DNA of 64,000 nt from Aulosira sp. ZfuVER01 (GTDB lineage: Bacteria; Cyanobacteriota; Cyanobacteriia; Cyanobacteriales; Nostocaceae). Under the pieces are notes generated by a model. It saw only the letters and a program-made list of their open reading frames with translations. It was not told where the DNA came from and searched no databases. The stretch's first letter is position 1. Every line of letters begins with the position of its first letter. Positions 32,001 to 43,161 of this stretch are shown here, one piece after another. A program made the position numbers and the translations under genes. The stretch lies in NCBI GenBank assembly GCA_034530615.2, contig JAVRCV020000059.1, forward strand, positions 32,001 through 96,000. Reading direction: 5' to 3'.

Positions 32001-33840
32001 TCAGCCTTATGACTTAAAAGTGAGTGGTGACAAACGCACCTATGGCGATTTGCGAACTCCAGAAGGCTTGGCTGATGTTGCCAAATATGCTGATGGTATT
32101 GGGCCTTGGAAACGGATGATTGTTAGCGTCAAAGGTACTGATGCGAATGGCGATGGCAAGGCAGATGATGTTAATGGGGATGGAACAGTCAATGATGCTG
32201 ACAAGACATTATTGTCTCCCACTACCTTAGTTCAAGATGCTCACAAAGCAGGGTTACAAGTTCACCCCTACACCTTCCGTAAGGAAGACCAGTATCTAGC
32301 AGCAGATTACAAAGGTAGTTTAAATGCTGAGATCCAGCAGTTCTATCAATTAGGCGTAGATGCGCTGTTTACAGACTTCCCAAATATCGGGGATCAAGTG
32401 CGGGATCGATTAAGCGATCCTCAATACAATATAGTGAGATCGCCACAAAATCCCGATGTGCTTTCCGGAAATGCCTTTGCTAATTTAGGTGGTTCCAAAG
32501 GTTTTGAAGGTGGCGCAATCAATGCCAGCAAAACCAAGCTCTATATGCTGTTAGAGGGAACAGTTCAGGGCGATCCGACTGGTGCTTTACGGATTAACGA
32601 ATTTGACATTGCTAGCCGCAAGTACACTGACAATAAACTCTACTACAAACTGGATAATCCGGCAAATGCGATCGGGGATTTCACAGTTATTAATGATAAC
32701 GAATACCTAGTCATTGAACGAGATAACAGTCAGGGAGATACTGCTAAATTCAAGCGGATTTATAAAGTAGACCTGTCTAAAACCGATGCTAATGGCTATG
32801 TAGAAAAACGAGAAATTGCCGATTTGTTAAACATTCAAGACCCCAACGACCTGAATGGTGATGGCAAAACAACCTTTGACTTCCCATTCCAAACAATTGA
32901 AGATGTGTTAGTTATTGACAAAAACACCATTTTGGTAGCCAACGACAACAACTATCCCTTCTCTACAGGTCGTCCAGGGAACGATCCGCAAAATCCCGTC
33001 ATCGATAACAATGAAATTCTGTTGCTGAAGCTAGAGAAGCCACTCAACCTCGCTCCTGGCGTCGGTCAGCCCGCAGCCCTAGATCTCAAATTTGGTTCTA
33101 CAGGTAGCGATGATGTCACTCTTAAGCCTGGACAAGTATTAACCACGGGTGATGGTGCAGATAATATAGAAGCTACCAATGGTAACTTAATTAACGCTGG
33201 TGCTGGTAATGACCTAGTACAGGTAGGAAGTAACTCTTCTGTTCTTGGTGGTGACGGTGACGATAATATCGTCGTTGGTCAAAACGGCCCTGCCAGTGGT
33301 ACTGGTGTCGATGGTGGCAATGGTAAAGATACCCTTGTTGTAGCTGAAGCTAATGGTCGTAACAATCTATTTGGCGGGGCTGGTGCTGACACTCTCGTAG
33401 TTATCGAGGGTTCAGGTCAATTACAATTTGGAGGTTCTGGCAACGACGTTATCACTAGTGGCGGTAGCAATAATCGTCTTTACGGTGGTTCCGGCTACGA
33501 CATACTCAACTCCAATACCAAAGACTCCCTCTTTGGTGGTGATGGTGATGATGTACTGTTTGCTGGTTCTGGAGGTGGTAATCGCCTGACTGGTGGTACT
33601 GGTGCAGACCAATTCTGGATTGCAAATGCTAGCCTCCCAATCAGCAAGAATATTGTCACCGACTTTACCCCAGGAATTGATGTGATTGGGATTGCTGGTA
33701 TTGGTGTTACTCAGTTCAGTGGCCTGGCGCTGTTGCAACAGGGTGATGACACTTTGGTGAAAATCGGCAATACAGAAGTAGCTTCCTTACTAGGAATTAC
33801 CGCAAATACGTTGGCTACTAATAATTTTGCTTTTGCATAG
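29083..33840 (+). CDS. Alkaline phosphatase (PhoA-type) + phytase-like domain with inserted glycerophosphodiester phosphodiesterase + RTX tail
   Basis: [55 protein letters not shown]; GGxGxD repeats. Confidence 0.9.
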   Translation: MAKNVIIMIGDGMGWEMARAASIYKEIQNGKTGANLSDFYTEGKGQGLNFQTLQGYGLVTTYGTTIADSKGVFSTGNSALDGTNPITGESPVRPGFKFDPTFNPGNTPTGGAKVSDGAVGNLVGYDPAKGGVNPWTPGSDPEYIKYSYPDSANTATTLYTGVKSYNNAIGVDIFEDPLETILKTANEVGKSTGLVTSVPIDHATPGAAAANVNRRSKYDGDYPALDNILQQELRVYQPTVLLGGGHPLSAPGDILPTGVEPNTSNEFIGKDTYKELSTKPTSNRYDYTFLERGQDAAKKLAETAAKLDPEKGDRLFGLYGARGQNGNLPVSSANGDYSTTGLDMFSVFTNQGDNAKVDTKRPLLPGETDASFIAKEVNENPTLNDLTNAALNVLGKDPDGFWLMVEGGDIDWSAHDDNMDNLIGTTLDFDKAVGSTIDWINNNGGWEDNLLIVTADHDHYLTLNGDFPTLVSNKGAEALTNLDTPAEVGHYWGSDPNVKYGWGSHANRPVPVYYQGAGSEVLTNLAGKGYEAYGYQIPGIAGLNDQTHIYQTMFASIVPKVELVGFASLPADTFSEGPASGKGISANGRTGPFPGQPVQGFSGVQFANSNSFYFLSDNGYGSKDNSADFLLRIQRLDPNFKGAENGDGSVKFLDYIQLSDPDKKVPFKIVNEGTTERALTGADFDVESFVFDKDGSIWVGEEFGPYLLHFDSTGKLLEAPIATPDEFKTLDGKAPKVLGHRGASGYRPEHTLESYKLAIEQGADFIEPDLVVTKDGVLIARHEPALAILNADGTVNLSNTTTDVYNRPEFANRKKTVSLDGTQITGWFAEDFTLAEIKQLRAVERLPFRDHSFDSQLEIPTLKEVIDLVKDVEAKTGKKIGIYPETKHPTYFQQEATYVGTTEKINRNISQLLIDTLKANNFTDPSRIFIQSFEVGNLKQLHDTIMPAAGVDIPLVQLLDASDVDINGKIIESQPYDLKVSGDKRTYGDLRTPEGLADVAKYADGIGPWKRMIVSVKGTDANGDGKADDVNGDGTVNDADKTLLSPTTLVQDAHKAGLQVHPYTFRKEDQYLAADYKGSLNAEIQQFYQLGVDALFTDFPNIGDQVRDRLSDPQYNIVRSPQNPDVLSGNAFANLGGSKGFEGGAINASKTKLYMLLEGTVQGDPTGALRINEFDIASRKYTDNKLYYKLDNPANAIGDFTVINDNEYLVIERDNSQGDTAKFKRIYKVDLSKTDANGYVEKREIADLLNIQDPNDLNGDGKTTFDFPFQTIEDVLVIDKNTILVANDNNYPFSTGRPGNDPQNPVIDNNEILLLKLEKPLNLAPGVGQPAALDLKFGSTGSDDVTLKPGQVLTTGDGADNIEATNGNLINAGAGNDLVQVGSNSSVLGGDGDDNIVVGQNGPASGTGVDGGNGKDTLVVAEANGRNNLFGGAGADTLVVIEGSGQLQFGGSGNDVITSGGSNNRLYGGSGYDILNSNTKDSLFGGDGDDVLFAGSGGGNRLTGGTGADQFWIANASLPISKNIVTDFTPGIDVIGIAGIGVTQFSGLALLQQGDDTLVKIGNTEVASLLGITANTLATNNFAFA

Positions 33841-33930
33841 TGCGGTGATTGTCACTACAACTATTTACAGCTTAAATTTAATTATCAAAATTAGTTAGAA
33901 TTTGTTTAGGCTGTACTAATTTTTCTCGAT

Positions 33931-33957
33931 GAGGGAGTTATACTCCCTCTCTTTTTT
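33931..33957 (+). terminator. Intrinsic terminator
   Basis: GAGGGAGT-TAT-ACTCCCTC followed by T-rich tract. Confidence 0.7.
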
Positions 33958-34319
33958 ATCTATTATTAACTAAATCTTAATCTAAAAATTTGGTGGGATT
34001 ATTGACATTACTTGTGGAGTAAACAACAAGGATCTGGAAACAGGAAATAAGGGATGTATAGGTGTAACTGTAGTTATAAAAGTCATGAAAATTAGTTATT
34101 TATCTATGATTGTTGGCGCTGTTACAGCCCATATAATTTAAAGCATCTAATATACATCAAGACCTTAACCAAACTACAGTAGTCTACCTAGCAATAAGTC
34201 TTTCGTTCTTGAGAGAGGCTTGTTTTCGTTTTATGCTGCAACATCATTATGTGATGTAGCTTACTACTCAAAAATTTTCAAATTTTCTCTGGAGTCGGAA
34301 TATAGAAAACAAAATTAAG

Positions 34320-34445
34320 TAAGTGGTCAGGAAAAAAGAGAACTATATTAGGAAACGTAAATATAATTGAAACCTTTACTAATGACAAAGGACAAATGAA
34401 AATGGCGAATTTCACTAATTAGTTTTATTTATGTCAACCCACTTA
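34320..34445. mobile_element. MITE-like element
   Basis: Terminal TAAGTGG / CCACTTA, 126 bp; same end style and size as 4587-4711. Confidence 0.45.
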
Positions 34446-34528
34446 AAAGCTAGGTAATGATTCAAGGTATCAAAAAATTAGTTGTTTGCAAAACTCAGAT
34501 TTTCTGCGCCACCAGTAAGAGGTAATCT

Positions 34529-35728
34529 ATGGTGCAAAATTCAAAACTAGTGTACAGATTGTCCCCTAAGTCTATTCTGCGTCCATCCATTTTGATCGGT
34601 ATAATTGCATCTTTATTGGTTGGCGGCATCAGCTTTTATACAGTGAAACGTTGGCAATATTCTGGCAATTTAGAAGCACAAGCAGCAGCCAAAAAATTAC
34701 CAGAAATCAAAACGGTAACAGCTTTGGGAAGATTAGAGCCAAAGGGAGAGATTATTAAACTTTCTGCTACTGTCTCTACACAAGGTAGCCGAGTAGAGCA
34801 GTTGTTTGTGAAGGAAGGAGATACAGTTAAAAAAAATCAGGTAATTGCCATCTTAGATAGTCGCGATCGCCTGCAAGCAGCTTTAAAAGAAGTCGAAGAA
34901 CAAGTAAAAGTAGCTCAGGCGAATCTGTCTAAGACACAAGCAGGAGCCAAACGCGGTGAAATCCTCGCCCAAAAAGCCGCGATCGCTCGCCTTGCAGCAG
35001 AACGCAAAGGCAATATCGCAGCACAAATTGCCACAGTCGCCCGCTTGCAAGCCCAAGTGGAAAACGCCGCAGCCGAAGACAACCGCTATCAGCAGTTGTA
35101 TCAGCAAGGAGCAATTTCCGCTTCTCAAAAAGATAACAAACGCCTCACTTTAGAAAAAGAGCGCAAAAGTCTCCAAGAAGCTCAAGCACAGTTACAACAA
35201 ATTCAATCGGCTAGTCAACAACAACTTAAAGAAGCCACAGCCAATTTAGATCGAATTAGTGAAGTTCGCAGTGTAGATGTTGCAGCAGCTAAAGCAGAAG
35301 TAGATCGTGCCCAAGCCGCCATGAATTTAGCAAAAGTAAATTTACAACAAGCTTACGTGCGATCGCCTCAAGATGGACAAGTATTCGAGATCCACAGCCG
35401 TCCAGGAGAAATAGTCTCAGATGATGGGATCGCCAATATTGGGCAAACTAACCAGATGTATGCTGTAGCTGAGGTTTACGAAAGCGATATCAGCAAAGTA
35501 CATCCAGGTCAGCGAGTACGAGTAATTAATGAATTTCTCCCTCATGAATTGCAGGGAAAAGTCGATTGGATAGGCTTACAGGTGCGGCGACAAAATGTCA
35601 TCAATACAGACCCTTCTAGCAATATTGATGGCCGAATTATTGAAGTTCATGTGCGACTAGAGCCGACTTCCAGCCAAAAAGCTGCCAAATTTACCAATAT
35701 GCAAGTCAAAGTTGTCATTGAACTATGA
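34529..35728 (+). CDS. DevB-family ABC exporter membrane fusion protein
   Basis: VTALGRLEP.GE, VAEVYESDI, TNMQV.V motifs; paralog identity not determinable. Confidence 0.9.
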   Translation: MVQNSKLVYRLSPKSILRPSILIGIIASLLVGGISFYTVKRWQYSGNLEAQAAAKKLPEIKTVTALGRLEPKGEIIKLSATVSTQGSRVEQLFVKEGDTVKKNQVIAILDSRDRLQAALKEVEEQVKVAQANLSKTQAGAKRGEILAQKAAIARLAAERKGNIAAQIATVARLQAQVENAAAEDNRYQQLYQQGAISASQKDNKRLTLEKERKSLQEAQAQLQQIQSASQQQLKEATANLDRISEVRSVDVAAAKAEVDRAQAAMNLAKVNLQQAYVRSPQDGQVFEIHSRPGEIVSDDGIANIGQTNQMYAVAEVYESDISKVHPGQRVRVINEFLPHELQGKVDWIGLQVRRQNVINTDPSSNIDGRIIEVHVRLEPTSSQKAAKFTNMQVKVVIEL

Positions 35729-35774
35729 CATCAAATGAGGTGACAAAACACTCTTACATTTACTTAGCACTTCA

Positions 35775-36950
35775 ATGATGGGACTCATCGAACAACTGCG
35801 ACGGCGAACACCTCTAGGATGGCTACAACTGAGTCATGAAAAAAGTCGCCTGCTGGTAGCATTGTCAGGCATTGCTTTTGCTGATGTTCTAATGTTCATG
35901 CAATTTGGCTTTCAGAGTGCTTTGTATGACAGCAACACCAGACTACATCGCAGTTTGCTCTCAGATATCGTAGTTATCGGTTCCCAAACCCGTAACCTGC
36001 AAAGAATATCTACCTTTTCTCGCCGACGACTTTACCAAGCAATGGATATCCCAGGCGTGAAGTCAGCAGAGGGAATTTATATTGGCACAATGATTTGGAA
36101 AAATCCTCAAACACGACGTGACACAGAGATTCTCGTGATTGGGTTTAATCCAGACAAGCCAACATTTGACGTACCAGAAGTTAATCAGCAGTTGCAGGTA
36201 ATTAAACAACCATATACCGTCTTGTTCGACCGTGGTGCTAGAGGAGAATATCAAAAAACAATTGCCCAACTTGAACAAGGTAAACCTGTAAAGACCGAAA
36301 TCGAACGCCGGACGGTAACTATTAGTGGTTTATTTAAAGTCGGGGCTTCCTTTGGGGCTGATGGCACATTAATGACTAGCGATGAAAACTTTCTACGGCT
36401 ATTTCCCCAACAACTGGCTGGTAATGTCAGTGTCGGTTTGATTCGGTTGCAACCAAGTACTAACCACCAGCAGGTAGTAGCAGCATTAAAATCTCATCTG
36501 GGAAATGAGGTCAAAGTGCTGACTCATGAAGAATTCATTGAATTTGAGAATGATTTTTGGCGAAGAAACTCTCCCATCGGATTTATTTTTAACCTGGGTG
36601 TTTCGATGGGTTTTTCCGTAGGAGTGATTCTTGTGTATCAAGTTCTTTCTACAGATGTGAATGCCCATGTAAAAGAATATGCCACTTTTAAAGCAATGGG
36701 ATATCGCAATTTATACTTACTGACTGTAGTTTTTGAAGAAGCAGTAATTTTAGCTGTCTTAGGCTTTATACCCGGAACAGCAGTATCTTTAGGACTTTAT
36801 TATCTAACTTGCAATGCCACAAATTTACCAATGTACATGACTGCTACCAGAGCTTTATATGTGCTATTTATTACTTTTGTTATGTGTGGAATTTCTGGGG
36901 TGATCGCTACTCGTAAATTACAGTCTACAGACCCCGCTGATATGTTTTAA
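35775..36950 (+). CDS. DevC-family ABC exporter permease
   Basis: RRTPLGWLQL, YQVLSTDV..H..EYATFKAMGY, DPADMF. Confidence 0.92.
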   Translation: MMGLIEQLRRRTPLGWLQLSHEKSRLLVALSGIAFADVLMFMQFGFQSALYDSNTRLHRSLLSDIVVIGSQTRNLQRISTFSRRRLYQAMDIPGVKSAEGIYIGTMIWKNPQTRRDTEILVIGFNPDKPTFDVPEVNQQLQVIKQPYTVLFDRGARGEYQKTIAQLEQGKPVKTEIERRTVTISGLFKVGASFGADGTLMTSDENFLRLFPQQLAGNVSVGLIRLQPSTNHQQVVAALKSHLGNEVKVLTHEEFIEFENDFWRRNSPIGFIFNLGVSMGFSVGVILVYQVLSTDVNAHVKEYATFKAMGYRNLYLLTVVFEEAVILAVLGFIPGTAVSLGLYYLTCNATNLPMYMTATRALYVLFITFVMCGISGVIATRKLQSTDPADMF

Positions 36951-37020
36951 ATGTCATTTGTCCTCTTTGTCTTCCTTGTCTCCCTTGTTCTCCTCAACCC
37001 CCAATCTCTAGTCCCTACCT

Positions 37021-37719
37021 ATGGCTAGCAAACCAGCGATCTCGATTCACAATCTCGACCACTACTTTGGTCATGGTCAACTCCGCAAGCAAGTTTTATT
37101 TAATATCAATCTAGAGATTAACAGCGGTGAAATTATTATCATGACTGGGCCATCTGGTTCTGGTAAGACGACACTTCTCACCTTGGTAGGTGGGTTGCGT
37201 TCTCCCCAGTCTGGTAGTCTGCGGGTATTGGGACGAGAACTCTGTGGTGCTAGTACTCAGGAATTAGTAGAAGCTAGACGCCGTAACGGTTATATTTTCC
37301 AAGCGGATAATTTGCATGGTAGCTTGACGGCACTGCAAAACGTCAAAATGGGTTTGGAATTGCATCAGCATCTTGAATTAAGTGAAATGCGCATTCGCGC
37401 AGCCCAAATATTAGAGCAGGTAGGATTAGAAAATCGCCTGCATTACTACCCCGATCAGTTATCGGGAGGACAAAAACAACGAGTAGCGATCGCCCGTGCT
37501 TTAGTCAGTTATCCGCAAATTGTCTTAGCTGATGAACCTACCGCCGCTCTTGATAGCCAGTCAGGTCGTGATGTCGTCAACTTGATGCAAAAATTAGCTC
37601 AAGAACAAGGCTGTACTATCCTCATGGTTACTCATGACAACCGTATTCTCGATATTGCCGATCGCCTGGTGCATCTCGAAGACGGAAACTTAAAGTCAAA
37701 AGTTAAAATTGTCAACTAA
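37021..37719 (+). CDS. DevA-family ABC exporter ATP-binding protein
   Basis: GPSGSGKT, LSGGQKQRVAIARAL, DEPT, VTHD. Confidence 0.92.
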   Translation: MASKPAISIHNLDHYFGHGQLRKQVLFNINLEINSGEIIIMTGPSGSGKTTLLTLVGGLRSPQSGSLRVLGRELCGASTQELVEARRRNGYIFQADNLHGSLTALQNVKMGLELHQHLELSEMRIRAAQILEQVGLENRLHYYPDQLSGGQKQRVAIARALVSYPQIVLADEPTAALDSQSGRDVVNLMQKLAQEQGCTILMVTHDNRILDIADRLVHLEDGNLKSKVKIVN

Positions 37720-37973
37720 AAATATAAAATTAATAATAATTCTTGATTTTTACTAATTACCCATTGTGGCAAGAAAATTTTTATAGCCACAGCAAAAGCT
37801 GCTGCATATTTCTAGACCTTAGCAGAATCCTAAAGTGTTTCCTAAGTAACAGTCAAACTTTCTTTGATAGAGTACTAAGGAGCCTCAACAATTTGGCAAT
37901 AGTTCAAGAACCTATGCGGTTTTGTGGGTAACAGCAATCTTTCTGACACCAAAACCAAGGTGCCAAATCTACG

Positions 37974-38960
37974 ATGATTGAAAACCTGTTCCATGCTTAT
38001 ACACCTCTGTTCACCTGGATTGGCTTAGGACTAGTACTGTCTCGGTTTATCCCTGAGAGTTTTCTCAAATTACTGGGGTATATGCTCTACTGGGTAGGAG
38101 TCCCCCTACAACTTTTCGTGCTAGCACGCCACACCGATTTATCTCATGGTGGACTAATACCTGCGATCGCAGTAGTCATATTATTGCTGAGTCTTGTCCT
38201 AGCATTGCTAATTTGGTGGGGGTTACAATCCTTAGCCAATCGAAAAGTGCCAGCAGAACCAATTGGTTTAGATTTGCCCGAAACTTCCTTATCTAGTGTT
38301 AACTCCTTAGCAAGGGCAAGTTTAGGCAGTTTTATCTTGGCGACAATTTTAGGCAATACAGGCTTTGTCGGTTTGACACTTGCACAGGTGCTGACTGGCC
38401 CAGCAAATATGGATTGGGCAGTATTATTCAGTGTCACCAACAATGTTGTGGGTACATACGGCATTGCTGTTTTAATCGCTAGCTATTTTGGTAAAAGAGA
38501 AACCAAAAACCATTGGTGGATTCAGTTGCGGGATTTGGTAACTGTCCCTAGCTTATGGGCATTCTTTATCGGCTTGAATAGTCAATTTATCAAATTGCCA
38601 ACAGTAGTTGAGTCAGGGCTAGAACAAGCTGTCTGGGTAGTAATCGCTTTTGCTTTATTGCTGGTTGGTTTGCGGATGAAAGCCATCAAGGGGTGGAAAA
38701 GCCTAAAAATGGCTTTAGTTGCCAGTATGTTAAAAGTTCTGATTGTGCCTATGCTGGTGGGCTTAAGTGCTACCTATTTAGGTGTGATTGGCGAAGCCCG
38801 TCTAGTACTGGTACTGATGTCTGGAACACCCACAGGGCTTTCTGTATTAATTCTGGCAGAAGTTTATGACTTAGATCGGAATTTATTAGCGAGCAGTATT
38901 GCCTTAACTTTTGTCGGATTACTTCTAGCACTTCCTCTATGGCTTGCCTGGTTTAGCTAA
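37974..38960 (+). CDS. AEC (auxin efflux carrier) family transporter
   Basis: About 10 TM segments, GNTGFVG and MSGTPT motifs. Confidence 0.85.
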   Translation: MIENLFHAYTPLFTWIGLGLVLSRFIPESFLKLLGYMLYWVGVPLQLFVLARHTDLSHGGLIPAIAVVILLLSLVLALLIWWGLQSLANRKVPAEPIGLDLPETSLSSVNSLARASLGSFILATILGNTGFVGLTLAQVLTGPANMDWAVLFSVTNNVVGTYGIAVLIASYFGKRETKNHWWIQLRDLVTVPSLWAFFIGLNSQFIKLPTVVESGLEQAVWVVIAFALLLVGLRMKAIKGWKSLKMALVASMLKVLIVPMLVGLSATYLGVIGEARLVLVLMSGTPTGLSVLILAEVYDLDRNLLASSIALTFVGLLLALPLWLAWFS

Positions 38961-39242
38961 AATTTGTAACAGTATAAAAATAATTCCTGAGAGTGATAGA
39001 TTAAACTAAATAAACAGTTAAACTAAGCGTTGTTCCCGGGATAGCTTTGGCTTAGGCTATCTCATTTGCTAGTAAAGCTAGATTAATTATCGTTCCCGAT
39101 TCTTGACAACACAGCAATTAGAGTTTAGTCTCTGGACAATTTACCGAGATTTATCTTTTTACAGAACATTTACTTCCATGAGGAAACACGAGTAGTAGTA
39201 AGCTAGTCTGTTGTCCACAGAAGTAAAGTTTTTTGTGGCTCT

Positions 39243-40178
39243 ATGACTATCAAGAATCGCACTAATAAATTTCAAAAAAAGTTGCTTGGTTTTAATATCA
39301 CAGGTTTTACAGCCAATCGCTGTACAGCAAATTTGTTTATGGGAATGTTTGCCGCGTTCCCTATAGCCTTTGCATTGCCTGTAGATGCATTGCAGGTAAA
39401 GGTAAATCCTAATAATCCTCAGCTGGGAGATACTATCTCAGTAACGATTAATTTAGATAATCCTGAGAATGCTAAGAATCCCACAGTGGTTAGCGGCGAT
39501 AAGACATATCCTGCATTTGAAATTGCACCCAATCAATATCGGGCGTTGATTCCCACAACTCCCCTGGAAAAGGCTGGAACCAGAACACTCCGAATTTCAG
39601 AGGATGGTCAGGTACAAAACCTATCCGTGCAGGTACGAAATCGTAAATTTCCCGTACAACGAATTAATTTACCACCTGGAAAAGCTGGGTTAGAAGCCAC
39701 AGAGTTAGAACTCAAACGTGTGGCAGCTTTCAAAGCACTACAAACTCCCGAAAAGTATTGGGATGGCAAGTTTGTGCCACCAAATAGCGGGCGAGTGAGT
39801 ACAATTTATGGTGTACGCCGCTACTATAATGGTAAATTTGCCAATGACTATTACCATCGTGGTGTTGACTACGCTGGGGCTGCGGGTTCACCCGTGGTTG
39901 CTCCAGCGGCGGGAAAGGTTGCTTTAGTAGGCAAAGTATCTCAAGGATTCCGGGTTCACGGTAATGTAATTGGCATCGATCACGGTCAAGGAGTAACCAG
40001 TATTTTCATGCACCTAAGTCGCATTGATGTCAAAGAAGGCGATGTTGTCAAAGCTGGTCAGCTAATCGGCGCAGTAGGTTCAACAGGTGCTGCCACTGGG
40101 CCTCATTTACACTGGGGTCTGTATGTCAATGGACAATGTGTCGATCCAACACCTTGGCGCACTAAGGTTGTTGAGTAG
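39243..40178 (+). CDS. M23 family metallopeptidase
   Basis: HRGVD, HLS, GPHLH zinc motifs. Confidence 0.92.
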   Translation: MTIKNRTNKFQKKLLGFNITGFTANRCTANLFMGMFAAFPIAFALPVDALQVKVNPNNPQLGDTISVTINLDNPENAKNPTVVSGDKTYPAFEIAPNQYRALIPTTPLEKAGTRTLRISEDGQVQNLSVQVRNRKFPVQRINLPPGKAGLEATELELKRVAAFKALQTPEKYWDGKFVPPNSGRVSTIYGVRRYYNGKFANDYYHRGVDYAGAAGSPVVAPAAGKVALVGKVSQGFRVHGNVIGIDHGQGVTSIFMHLSRIDVKEGDVVKAGQLIGAVGSTGAATGPHLHWGLYVNGQCVDPTPWRTKVVE

Positions 40179-40299
40179 CAGAAATAAGATTGATCTCAAC
40201 TGTACATTATTTGTATATTATTTTGCCTATAATTAGGCAAAATAAACTAGATTGGTACCGTCCCTACCTTGCTGCGGTGGCTTAAAGATGATTAGTGTT

Positions 40300-40842
40300 A
40301 TGAGTATTGAAAAAATTGTAGAACAAGCTCTCCAAGATGGTTATCTGACACCAGCAATGGAAGCAGAAGTCGGGCGCATCTGTGATAACGCCTCGGAACT
40401 CTCAATAGAAGAGTATATGGCGCTGGATCGGCTAATGGGAGCGCTACTGACTGGCGAGGTTGTGGCGGTACCTCGCAAACAATTCATTAACGTCATGGAA
40501 GAGTTGGTACTAACAGAAGCGATCGCTCGTGTAGCAGAAATTGAAGCTACTAGCGAAAGCTCGTTAGACGTTGGGGATATTGCAGCTTACGCTCTCAACC
40601 GCCTTCCTCCGCTATATGCCACTACCGAAGAAGGTGCTAACTACCAGCGCCAAAGAGCCAAGGCAGAACTTCAAGAATTAATTTCTCACCAAATCGGTGA
40701 AGCGATTGGTCGTAACCTTGACCAACCCAATGACAACAGAACGCCAGTCTTGGGCAAAAGCACTGGTAACGAAGTTTTACGTCAAGTCAGTAACTTGCTC
40801 CAAGTTTATGCACCTGCTTTTGAGCAGAAATCTTCATCTTAA
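40300..40842 (+). CDS. cdgR: ComFB-domain protein, probable cyclic di-nucleotide receptor (CdgR-like)
   Basis: INVMEELV, DIAAYALNRLPPLYAT ComFB signature; synteny with sigG/leuS as recalled for Anabaena. Confidence 0.75.
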   Translation: MSIEKIVEQALQDGYLTPAMEAEVGRICDNASELSIEEYMALDRLMGALLTGEVVAVPRKQFINVMEELVLTEAIARVAEIEATSESSLDVGDIAAYALNRLPPLYATTEEGANYQRQRAKAELQELISHQIGEAIGRNLDQPNDNRTPVLGKSTGNEVLRQVSNLLQVYAPAFEQKSSS

Positions 40843-40895
40843 GAGTCAAGAGTCAAGAGTCCATAGTGAAATGACCCTTGACCCTTGACAATAAA

Positions 40896-41690
40896 TCATT
40901 CCCTGACTGTAACTGGTGTCCCCACGCTCACCTGCGTGTACAGCAATCGGACATCAGGATTGCGCATTCTTAGACAACCGTGAGAAATAGCAGTTCCCAT
41001 AACGTTAGTATCTGGCGTACCGTGAAAGCCAATTTCGTTGTGTCCATCTGACCAAAAACCAATCCATCGGTCTCCCAGAGGACTATCTTTACCTGCGGCA
41101 AATACTTTATCAGTGATGGGATGACGCCATACAGGGTCATGTTGCTTGTGCATGACTTGAAAGGAACCTGTAGGCGTTTCCCAACCTTTCTTACCCACAG
41201 CAATTGGGTAGCTGGCTATCACCACATCTGAACGGTAAACATAGGCACGGCGATCGCTTAAATCAACCACCACTTGCCTCTTAGCGTCTGTCAGCTTACT
41301 AGTATTTAATAATTTTTGTTGCGCCCAAGCTTGAGGTAACAAGGACTGCGGCAAAAACGACAGAGTTGGGTTCTGTTTTTGTTCTAGCGAGACGAATCTA
41401 GTCTTTTGCGACTCATCAGTTGCTAGAGCTACATTTTTGCTGGCTATTTCCGACTTAGTATTATGAAGCTTTATTGCTAAGGGCTTGGATGTAGCTATCC
41501 TTCGTTTGCCTTCACTGGGTGTTTGAGATGCTTCTCCTTTAGATGACTTCTGGCTTGTTTTCGTGGATGCTAGCTGCTCATACTGCTTTTCTGCTGTGAT
41601 CGCGCGCCAATGGACAAGCAAAGATAAGATTGCTGTTCCAAAACAGAGCCACATTATTATCCGCGTTACAGATTCATTTCTGACCATTGC
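40896..41690 (-). CDS. L,D-transpeptidase (YkuD family)
   Basis: YPIAVGK, TPTG.F, IGFHGT...SHGCLRM; N-terminal TM; start uncertain. Confidence 0.9.
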   Translation of the reverse strand, partial: AMVRNESVTRIIMWLCFGTAILSLLVHWRAITAEKQYEQLASTKTSQKSSKGEASQTPSEGKRRIATSKPLAIKLHNTKSEIASKNVALATDESQKTRFVSLEQKQNPTLSFLPQSLLPQAWAQQKLLNTSKLTDAKRQVVVDLSDRRAYVYRSDVVIASYPIAVGKKGWETPTGSFQVMHKQHDPVWRHPITDKVFAAGKDSPLGDRWIGFWSDGHNEIGFHGTPDTNVMGTAISHGCLRMRNPDVRLLYTQVSVGTPVTVRE

Positions 41691-41924
41691 CATCACCTTT
41701 TGTTGATCCCTGACATATCCAGTTGGCTTATTCGATTTCTTCACCGTTAACTCATCAAAAATTTATCAATACTTCTTAGTTTCCTTATGAATCTACTAAT
41801 ACCTGTGGGCACACTAAGGCTATGCAGAAGTCCTAGCAAGAATAGCTCTAAATAAGAGACTTTATTACTTGGAACTCTTGAGGTGCAGCAATCAATCATT
41901 AATGGTGTGGGTGGGAGTAAGACC

Positions 41925-42077
41925 ATGTTTGAAAAACTATTGCTAGCAGTCACGATTACATTTTCCCTTAATTTCTTTTTGCAAGTTCGTGTACCCAATC
42001 AAGATAAGACTGGTGCTAATTATCAGCAGCACACAGAAACATCAGCAACAATTTTAGTCACAAGACCAGATAAATAA
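41925..42077 (+). CDS. Small secreted/membrane protein (50 aa)
   Basis: GGGAG RBS then MFEKLLLAVTITFSLNFFL hydrophobic N-terminus. Confidence 0.6.
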   Translation: MFEKLLLAVTITFSLNFFLQVRVPNQDKTGANYQQHTETSATILVTRPDK

Positions 42078-42444
42078 AAGTCCTAGCAGTTACAGCAACC
42101 TAAATTCCAGCAATTGCTGTCTTCTCGATAAAATGTTGCGTATCTGAAACTTGGTAGATTTTTCTAATTTGGGTAAAAATCCTAAATTTCTTTTTTTTGA
42201 TCCCAATAGTAAAATTTTCTTTATCTGCTCTATCTATTTTTGACTTTTATGTCAAGCGTATAGTGCCAGATGTCAGTGATAGCACAAATGTACGTAACAT
42301 TGCTGTAATTATAGCGTCTGCTAGATTATGGTTAAAAAGCTTGCTGTGCAATAGCTATAGTCAAAAAAAGAGTTCCTAAATTGCCAGAGTTTTACTCAAA
42401 CTTATATACCTCATTGTTCCACTAATAAATCCGTCCTCGATGTA

Positions 42445-42472
42445 GGAACTTCTTGCCGATTAGCAGGTCTAA
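42445..42472 (+). promoter_or_regulatory. ECF sigma (autoregulatory) promoter
   Basis: GGAACTT-N16-TCTAA, matching the RpoE-type consensus, directly upstream of an ECF sigma gene. Confidence 0.75.
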
Positions 42473-42504
42473 TAGTAAGGGATGATTTAAAGCCAGTGCG
42501 ATCT

Positions 42505-43161
42505 ATGAGTCAATCGATTACTGTATCCTGGTCAACGGTTGATGCGAGGTGTCCGGAAGCATCAGTGCAAGTTGACAAACTCTCTAATCACGATTTAATT
42601 CTGCGCTGTCAAGCTGGACTGCGTCCCGATCGTGCTGCGTTTGCAGAATTATTGCGCCGCTATCAGAGTCAGGTCGATAGGGTGTTATATCACCTAGCAC
42701 CAGATTGGGCTGACAGAGCCGATTTGGCACAAGAAGTTTGGATTCGAGTGTATCGGAATATTAACCGACTACAAGAGCCAGCTAAATTTCGGGGTTGGTT
42801 AAGCCGCATTGCTACAAACTTGTTCTATGACGAGTTGCGTAAACGCAAGCGGGTTGTTAGCCCTTTATCGCTGGATGCTCCCCGCTCGGTAGATGATGGT
42901 GAGATGGATTGGGAAATTGCTGGAGATACTCCTGGCCCAGAGGAAGAACTGACAACTAGAGAATTTTACGAGCAACTGCGAGAAGCGATCGCTGATTTAC
43001 CAGAGGTGTTCCGCACTACGATTGTTCTCAGAGAAATCGAAGGGATGGCATACGAAGAAATTGCCGAAATCACTGGAGTTTCCTTAGGAACTGTCAAGTC
43101 GAGAATCGCCAGAGCTAGATCTAGATTGCAAGCCCAGCTGCAAAATTATCTAGATTCATAA
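42505..43161 (+). CDS. sigG: ECF RNA polymerase sigma factor SigG
   Basis: DLAQEVWIRVY, FRGWLSRIATN, GTVKSRIARAR; followed by anti-sigma gene. Confidence 0.9.
   Translation: MSQSITVSWSTVDARCPEASVQVDKLSNHDLILRCQAGLRPDRAAFAELLRRYQSQVDRVLYHLAPDWADRADLAQEVWIRVYRNINRLQEPAKFRGWLSRIATNLFYDELRKRKRVVSPLSLDAPRSVDDGEMDWEIAGDTPGPEEELTTREFYEQLREAIADLPEVFRTTIVLREIEGMAYEEIAEITGVSLGTVKSRIARARSRLQAQLQNYLDS

Noticed and set aside
34062..34077. NtcA site upstream of the devBCA-like operon
   Set aside because: Reads GTA-N8-TAT, not TAC; too weak to call, and the operon cannot be assigned as the heterocyst devBCA.
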